From positions 1 to 35,386 of the forward strand of contig DATHSE010000297.1 in assembly GCA_035464455.1 (NCBI GenBank): DNA of 35,386 nt, given 5' to 3'. Positions 33,278 to 35,386 of the stretch are shown here, piece by piece. This DNA is from Anaerolineae bacterium. Its GTDB lineage: Bacteria; Chloroflexota; Limnocylindria; Limnocylindrales; CSP1-4. The notes beneath the pieces are model-generated. The model saw only the letters and a program-made list of their open reading frames with translations. It did not search any database and was not told where the DNA came from. Numbering within the stretch: the first letter of the stretch is position 1; each line of letters starts with the position of its first letter. A program made the position numbers and the translations under genes.

Positions 33278-33844
33278 ATGCGCGTCATCATCGTCGGCAG
33301 CGGACGAGTCGGTGCTGGTCTCGCGAGCCAGCTCGCCGACGAGGGCCACGAGGTGGTCATCCTCGACGTCAGCACCGAGAGCTTCCGCCGGCTGGCGCCG
33401 GGCTTCTCCGGCCAGGCGCTGCGTGGCGACGGCACCGACAGCAGCGTGCTGGAGCGGGCAGGGGCAGGCGAGGCCGAGTGGTTCTTCGCGCTGACCAACG
33501 GCGACAACCGCAATATCCTTGCGGCGCAGCTGGCCAGACAGGCGTTCGATATCCCGCACGTGCTGTGCAAGATCAACGACCCGCTGCGCGCCCGGGCCTA
33601 CGCCACCCTGGGCATCGACACCATCAACCGCACCGGGATGCTGCTCGACAGCATCGGGCGCTACATGGGCAGGCCGGCCCAGGCCGGTGCCGCCGATGTC
33701 AACGTTGCCGCCGTGCCGCTGGCACCGGCCAACGCGGAGGGCATGGACGCCTCACCTGCGCCCGGCGAGGCCATCCCGGGGGTCGCGCCCGCGCTGTCAC
33801 TGGTTCCTCCTCCCGTACCCACCGACAGCAGCGGAGGCCGTTAG
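33278..33844 (+). CDS. trkA: TrkA-N (RCK N-terminal, NAD-binding) protein with a Pro/Ala-rich tail and no RCK_C domain
   Basis: Rossmann motif MRVIIVGSGRVGAGLASQLADEGHEVVILD. About 60 aa of low-complexity C-terminus. The gene starts 4 nt after the USP stop. Confidence 0.85.
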   Translation: MRVIIVGSGRVGAGLASQLADEGHEVVILDVSTESFRRLAPGFSGQALRGDGTDSSVLERAGAGEAEWFFALTNGDNRNILAAQLARQAFDIPHVLCKINDPLRARAYATLGIDTINRTGMLLDSIGRYMGRPAQAGAADVNVAAVPLAPANAEGMDASPAPGEAIPGVAPALSLVPPPVPTDSSGGR

Positions 33845-33846
33845 CC

Positions 33847-34527
33847 GTGTTCGTCATCGTCGTGGGTGGTGGCCGCATCGGCTTCTACCTGACCAAGGAG
33901 CTCCTCGCCGAGGGACACGAGATCGTGCTGATGGAGAAGGATCCGCGCAGCGCCGAGCGCATCCGCGACGAGTTGGGCGCAGTCGTCGTGAACCGCGACG
34001 GCTGTGAGGGCATCCACCTCGCTGAGGCCGGAGCCAACCGCGCCTCGATCGTGGCAGCGGTGACCGGCGACGACGCCGACAACCTGGTCGTGTGCCAGAT
34101 GGCCAAGCACCACTTCGACGTGCCGCGCACGATCGCCCGGGTCAACAACCCGCGCAACGCTGTGCTCTTCCGCAACCTCGGCGTGGACGAGATCATCAGC
34201 CCCACCCGGATGGTGCTGGCCGCCATCGAGCAGGACATCCCCGTGCATGAGCTGCTCCACCTGGCCAATCTGGAGGGTGGCGAGCTGGAGCTGCTCGAGG
34301 CACAGATCGCACAGGACTCCCCGGCCCTGGGGCGGCGACCCGAGGAGATCGACCTGCCTGAAGGCTGCACCCTCTTCGTGGTGATCCGGGACGACCGCGC
34401 GCAGTCGGTCCGACCGGACACCGTCTTCATGGAGGGCGACAAGGTCATCGCCATCTCACGCACCGAATGCGAGAGTGACCTGCGCATGCAGCTCATCGGT
34501 AGGCCGCCCGAGATCGCCTCGACCTGA
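33847..34527 (+). CDS. trkA: TrkA/KtrA-type RCK protein (TrkA-N plus TrkA-C)
   Basis: GTG 33847 with GGAGG 9 nt upstream, 2 nt after the previous stop. Rossmann motif VIVVGGGRIGFYLTKELLAEGHEIVLME. The C-terminal RCK_C-like part reads GELELLEAQIAQDSPALGRRPEEIDLPEGCTLFVVIRDD...GDKVIAI. The ORF track ORF 33478..34527 was trimmed. Confidence 0.85.
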   Translation: MFVIVVGGGRIGFYLTKELLAEGHEIVLMEKDPRSAERIRDELGAVVVNRDGCEGIHLAEAGANRASIVAAVTGDDADNLVVCQMAKHHFDVPRTIARVNNPRNAVLFRNLGVDEIISPTRMVLAAIEQDIPVHELLHLANLEGGELELLEAQIAQDSPALGRRPEEIDLPEGCTLFVVIRDDRAQSVRPDTVFMEGDKVIAISRTECESDLRMQLIGRPPEIAST

Positions 34528-34763
34528 GCGGCCGCCATCCTGGCCGGCGAGGTCATGGCACCCCCGGCCCTCGCCCCGCTGGCAGCGGGGCTGGCCGGCA
34601 ACAGCAGGCTGGCCCGCAGCGGTCGCCCAGGTCCGCATGGCGAGCTCGTCACGTCCGCTCCGCGTTCTGGGGGGCGAGTCACGAACCTCTGGTCCATCAC
34701 CAGCCTCAGCAACGTTCATGACGGTTCTATGTCAGCGAAGGTGCCAACGTAGTCATGTAGAGA

Positions 34764-34794
34764 CTTGACAACATCATTGTCAAGGTTCTACCAT
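34764..34794 (+). promoter_or_regulatory. hsp20 promoter with a HAIR-like inverted-repeat operator
   Basis: CTTGACA-acatcat-TGTCAAG (34764-34784) is a perfect inverted repeat that embeds a -35 TTGACA (34765-34770). An 18-nt spacer leads to TACCAT (34789-34794). The element lies about 85 nt upstream of the hsp20 ATG, in the most AT-rich patch of the window. Confidence 0.5.
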
Positions 34795-34878
34795 CCTCAA
34801 CGTACAGGGTCAGCGTCCGCCGGGGCGTGGTCCAGTGCCCCGACAGCCGACACCTAACAGCTACGGAGGAACCGAGAC

Positions 34879-35386
34879 ATGACCATCATCCGCAGGACTT
34901 CGCCGCGTTCCGAGCTGATGTCCTTCCGCGACGCGGTCGACCGCCTCTTCGATGACACGACCTTCCGGCCGCTGGCCTGGGGCGGCTCGGAGGCGCGCCT
35001 GCCGTTGGACATCACGTCCAGCGAGGACGCCATCACCATCGAGGCAGCGCTCCCCGGCATCCATCCCGAGGATGTCGAGATCACGGTCCACCAGGACACC
35101 CTGACGATCGGCGTCAGGGAGCAGGCCGAGCGCGAGACCCAGGAGGGGGAGCGCGTCTATCGTGAGCTGCGGCGCAGCAGCGGCAGTCGAACGCTGACGC
35201 TGCCCAACGGCCTGGACACGGAGAACGCACGGGCCACCTTCGAGAACGGCATGCTGCGGCTCAGCATCCCGCGAGCCGAGGCGGCCAAGCCCCGCCAGAT
35301 CCCTGTGACCAAGGTCACCGATGCGCCCGTCGCAGTGACCGCCGAGGCCCAGGGGACCGAGGGCGCGGCGGGTCGGGAGTCGGCCG
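34879..35386 (+). CDS. Hsp20/alpha-crystallin family small heat-shock protein (3' end beyond the window)
   Basis: This gene is not in the ORF track because there is no stop in the window. GGAGGA lies 8 nt before ATG 34879. My translation is MTIIRRTSPRSELMSFRDAVDRLFDD...LPLDITSSEDAITIEAALPGIHPEDVEITVHQDTLTIGV...ATFENGMLRLSIPR, which contains the alpha-crystallin domain signatures. The frame stays open to 35386. Confidence 0.85.
   Translation, partial: MTIIRRTSPRSELMSFRDAVDRLFDDTTFRPLAWGGSEARLPLDITSSEDAITIEAALPGIHPEDVEITVHQDTLTIGVREQAERETQEGERVYRELRRSSGSRTLTLPNGLDTENARATFENGMLRLSIPRAEAAKPRQIPVTKVTDAPVAVTAEAQGTEGAAGRESA

Noticed and set aside
34800-34878. CGACAGCCGACACCUAACAGCUACGGAGG in the hsp20 leader, which superficially resembles the 3' end of the ydaO motif or an RNA thermometer
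   Set aside because: Only short word matches are present. The partner elements of the ydaO fold are missing. I could identify no clear Shine-Dalgarno-sequestering hairpin typical of ROSE or fourU thermometers.

Overview
The window is a very GC-rich (about two-thirds G+C by eye), densely packed bacterial chromosomal segment. I support about 34 protein-coding genes. Many have 1-4 nt start/stop overlaps (ATGA, GTGA, TGATG), GTG/TTG starts and GGAGG-type Shine-Dalgarno sites. This style fits an Actinomycetota- or Chloroflexota-like genome, but the taxon cannot be determined from the sequence alone. I found no rRNA, tRNA, CRISPR array, transposase or integrase.

Gene content, left to right:
- An ABC-2 exporter operon (ATPase plus two permeases).
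- An MFS transporter divergent from a PAPS-type sulfotransferase.
- A secreted beta-propeller protein.
- A family-5 uracil-DNA glycosylase translationally coupled to a ~1100-aa GH13 enzyme.
- A NYN-nuclease / holB / acylphosphatase operon.
- A stand-alone mini-lipoprotein gene.
- A five-gene Liv-type branched-chain amino-acid ABC importer.
- A convergent polar amino-acid ABC importer.
- A Zn-ribbon / nuclease-fold / hpt / membrane-protein operon.
- An orphan csoR, then rsmG.
- A metallophosphoesterase followed by two tandem KimA-family (APC-superfamily) permeases, a universal stress protein and two TrkA/RCK proteins.
- The 5' part of an hsp20 gene.

Most noteworthy observations:
1. The KimA x2 / USP / RCK x2 block has no TrkH/KtrB pore gene. 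It could be an undescribed RCK-KimA pairing.
2. The two KimA paralogues share near-identical DNA patches, suggesting gene conversion.
3. Three phased DnaA boxes lie in a 431-bp gap upstream of rsmG (possible oriC or a DnaA-box cluster).
4. A NYN RNase-fold protein carries a ~365-aa RGG-rich disordered tail.
5. A small Zn-ribbon plus PD-(D/E)xK-like gene pair is coupled to hpt.
6. An intergenic element with a perfect 20-bp inverted repeat lies between two convergent operons.
7. A HAIR-like operator precedes hsp20, and a CsoR-like operator precedes csoR.

All functional calls rest on motifs read by eye and recalled family knowledge. No searches were run.
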